A stretch of DNA of 64,000 nt from Eledone cirrhosa (taxonomy: Eukaryota): NCBI GenBank assembly GCA_964016885.1, contig OZ024741.1, forward strand, positions 255,192,001 through 255,256,000. Reading direction: 5' to 3'. Below are positions 63,401-64,000 of the stretch, one piece after another (position 1 is the stretch's first letter; every line of letters begins with the position of its first letter). Below the pieces are notes generated by a model. That model did not search any database and was not told where the DNA came from. It worked only from the letters and a program-made list of their open reading frames with translations. The translations under genes and the position numbers were made by a program.

Positions 63401-63993
63401 AGTGCCAGTGTTGTTGTTGTTGCTGTTTTCTCTGTCAGTGCCAGTGTTGTTGTTGTTGCTGTTTTCTGTGTCAGTGCCAGTGTTGTTGTTGTTGCTGTTT
63501 TCTGTGTCAGTGCCAGTGTTGTTGTAGTTGTTGCTGTTTTCTCTGTGAGTGCCAGTGTTGTTGTAGTTGTTGCTGTTTTCTGTGTCAGTTCCAGTGTTGT
63601 TGTAGTTGTTGCTGTTTTCTCTGTCAGTGCCAGTGTTGTTGTAGTTGTTGCTGTTTTCTGTGTCAGTGCCAGTGTTGTTGTTGCTGTTTTCTCCGTCAGT
63701 GCCAGTGTTGTTGTAGTTGTTGCTGTTTTCTCTGTCAGTGCCAGTTTTGTTGTAGTTGTTGCTGTTTTCTGTGTCAGTGCCAGTGTTGTTGTAGTTGTTG
63801 CTGTTTTCTTTGTCAGTGCCAGTGTTGTTGTTGTTGCTGTTTTCTCTGTCAGTGCCAGTGTTGTAGTTGTTGCTGTTTTCTCTGTCAGTGCCAGTGTTGT
63901 TGTTGTTGTTGCTGTTTTCTCTGTCAGTGCCAGTGTTGTTGTTGTTGCTATTTTCACTGTCAGTGCCAGTGTTGTTGTTGTTGCTATTTTCAC
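58465..63993 (-). CDS. Possible chimeric low-complexity ORF: Thr-rich repeat, ~1100-aa Asn-rich (NNTGTD[T/R]ENSNNY)n segment, Thr-rich repeat; open to the window edge
   Basis: ORF track 1842 aa. The frame switches at an 11-bp deletion (~62544) and returns at a 1-bp deletion (~59245). It ends at the recurrent TAA variant and has no recognisable domain. Confidence 0.12.
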   Translation of the reverse strand: MKIATTTTLALTVKIATTTTLALTEKTATTTTTLALTEKTATTTTLALTEKTATTTTLALTKKTATTTTTLALTQKTATTTTKLALTEKTATTTTTLALTEKTATTTLALTQKTATTTTTLALTEKTATTTTTLELTQKTATTTTTLALTEKTATTTTTLALTQKTATTTTLALTQKTATTTTLALTEKTATTTTLALTEKTATTTTPALTQKTATTTTTLALTEKTATTTTTLALTEKTATTTTTLALTEKTATTTTLALTQKTATTTTMALTEKTATTTTTLALTEKRATATTATTTLALTEKTATTAITMALTQKTATTTLALTEKTATTTLALTEKTATTTTTLALTEKTATTTTTLALTQKTATTRTTLALTQKTATTKTLALTEKTATTTTLALTEKTATTTTLALTQKTATTLALTQKTATTTTTLALTEKTATTTTLALTEKTATTTTLALTQKTSTTTTTLALTEKTATTTTTLENSNNYNNTGTDTENSNNYNNTGTDTENSNNNNTGTDRENSNNNNTGTDRENSNNNNTGTDTENSNNYNNTGTENSNNSNNNTGTDTENSNNNTGTDTENSNNSNNNTGTGTENSNSNTGTDTENSNSNNDNTGTDKENSNNNNTGTHTENSNNNNTGSDSENSNSNNTGTDRENSNNNNTGTDTENSNNNTGTDTENSKNYNNTGTDRENSNNNSGTDTENSNNYNNTGTDRENSNNNNTGTDTENSNNYNNTGTDRESSNNYNNTGTDRENSNSNNTGTDTENSNNYNTGTNTENSNNYNITGTDRENSNSNNTGTDSENSNNNNTGTDTENSNNNTGTDTENSNNYNNTGTDRENSNNYNTGTDRENSNNNNNTGTDRENSNNYNNTGTDTKNSNNYNNTGTDRENSNNYNSTGTDRENSNNNNTGTDTENSNNYNNTGTDRENSNNYNNTGTDRENSNNYNNTGTDTVNSNNYNNTGTDTENSNSYNNTGTDRENSNNNNTGTDTENSNNYNNTGTDSENSNNNTGTDTENSNNNNTGTDTENSNNYNNTGTNTENSNNYNITGTDRENNNSNNTGTDSENSNNNNTLTDTENSNNNNTGTDTENSNNYNNTGTDRKNSNNYNTGTDRENSSNNNNTGTDIENSNNYNNTGTDTENSNNYNNTGTDRENSNNYNNTGIDRENSNNNNTGTDTENSNNNNTGTDTENSNNSNNTGTDTENSNNYNNTGTDRENSNNYNNTGTDRENSNNKNTGTDTENSNNYNNTGTDRENGNNYNNTGTDRENSNNTGTDRENSNNNNTGTYTENSNNNSGTDTENSNNYNNTGTDRENSNNNNTGTDTENRNNYNNTGTDRESSNNYNNTGTDRENSNSNNTGTDTENSNNYNISGTDRENSNSNNTGTDSENSNNNNTGTATENSNNNNTGTDTENSNNDNNTGTDRENSNNYNTGTDRQNSNNINNTGTDRENSNNYNNTGTDTENSNNYNNTGTVRENSNNYNNTGTDRENSNNNTGTDTENSNNYNNTGTDRENSNNYNNTGTDRENSNNYNNTGTDTENSNNYNNTGTDTENSNNYNNTGTDRENSNNYNNTGTDRENSKTTTTLALTQKTATTTTTLALTQKTATTTTTLALTQKTATTAITMALTQKTATTTLALTEKTATTTLALTEKTATTTTLALTQKTATTTVALTQKTATTTTTLALTEKTATTTTLALTQKTATTTTTLALTEKAATTTTTLALTEKTATATTLALTQKTATTTTTLALTEKTATTTTTLALTQKTATTITTLALTEKTATTTTTLALTEKTATTTTLALTQKTATTTTTLALTEKTATTTTTLALTEKTATTTTTLALTQ

Positions 63994-64000
63994 TGTCAGT

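Larger units (their letters stand above)
1..64000. repeat. Giant uninterrupted tandem array of a 33/36/39-bp monomer, GCTGTTTTCT[G/C]TGTCAGTGCCAGT-(GTT)3-5 (commonly GTTGTTGTAGTTGTT); extends beyond both window edges
   Basis: Every line of the window parses into this monomer in the same orientation. The 39-bp G-type consensus has 19 T, 12 G, 5 C and 3 A (strong strand skew, ~44% GC). About 1,700 monomers is an estimate from 64000/~37 bp. Confidence 0.99.

Noticed and set aside
107-63527. Many short Leu-rich ORFs (LLFSVSVPVLLL)n that look like signal or membrane peptides
   Set aside because: This frame is closed by TAG at every GTA-containing spacer, so the ORFs only mark runs of monomers lacking GTA.
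1-64000. CRISPR array (constant 24-bp core with variable intervening sequence)
   Set aside because: The intervening sequences are 9-18 bp (GTT)n tracts, not unique spacers. The core itself is polymorphic, and there is no leader or cas gene.
1-64000. Telomerase-type telomeric repeat or G-quadruplex array (G/T-rich strand)
   Set aside because: The consensus has no GG runs. Variant monomers are inherited in multi-kb blocks, which indicates recombinational amplification rather than templated addition.
1-64000. Pure sequencing or assembly artefact
   Set aside because: Hierarchically shared variants, private SNPs between duplicated blocks (36497, 41361, 52221, 55486) and a coherent breakpoint monomer indicate a real evolving array. 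Exact copy numbers of the youngest blocks still need read support.
1-64000. tRNA, rRNA, transposon, terminator or promoter elements
   Set aside because: No non-repeat sequence, inverted repeat or target-site duplication was seen anywhere in the window.

Overview
The whole 64 kb window is one head-to-tail tandem-repeat array (minisatellite/satellite type) in a single orientation. It runs off both edges and I found no unique sequence, inversion, transposon, RNA gene or recognisable protein-coding gene. The monomer is a 24-bp core GCTGTTTTCT[G/C]TGTCAGTGCCAGT plus a (GTT)n spacer, usually 3-5 triplets and often interrupted by GTA, giving units of mostly 33/36/39 bp (roughly 1,700 copies by length estimate). 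Rare variant monomers reveal nested higher-order duplications with offsets of about 0.9, 1.7, 2.2, 3.8, 4.6, 6.05, 7.3-7.56 and ~13 kb, and a cassette of variant monomers recurs 13 times. Nearly all length variation is in multiples of 3, so four of six frames give very long low-complexity ORFs; most of this follows from the repeat structure. The best coding candidate is the minus-strand Thr-rich, mucin-like frame (TTTTTLALT[Q/E]KTA)n. One frame from 28237 to the right edge (~11,900 codons) is broken only by four TAA codons and includes an Asn-rich stretch between two compensating frameshifts. Amplified nonsense and frameshift variants argue that much of the array is non-coding or decayed. The organism and function cannot be determined from this window, and I see no firm evidence for a new multi-gene system.
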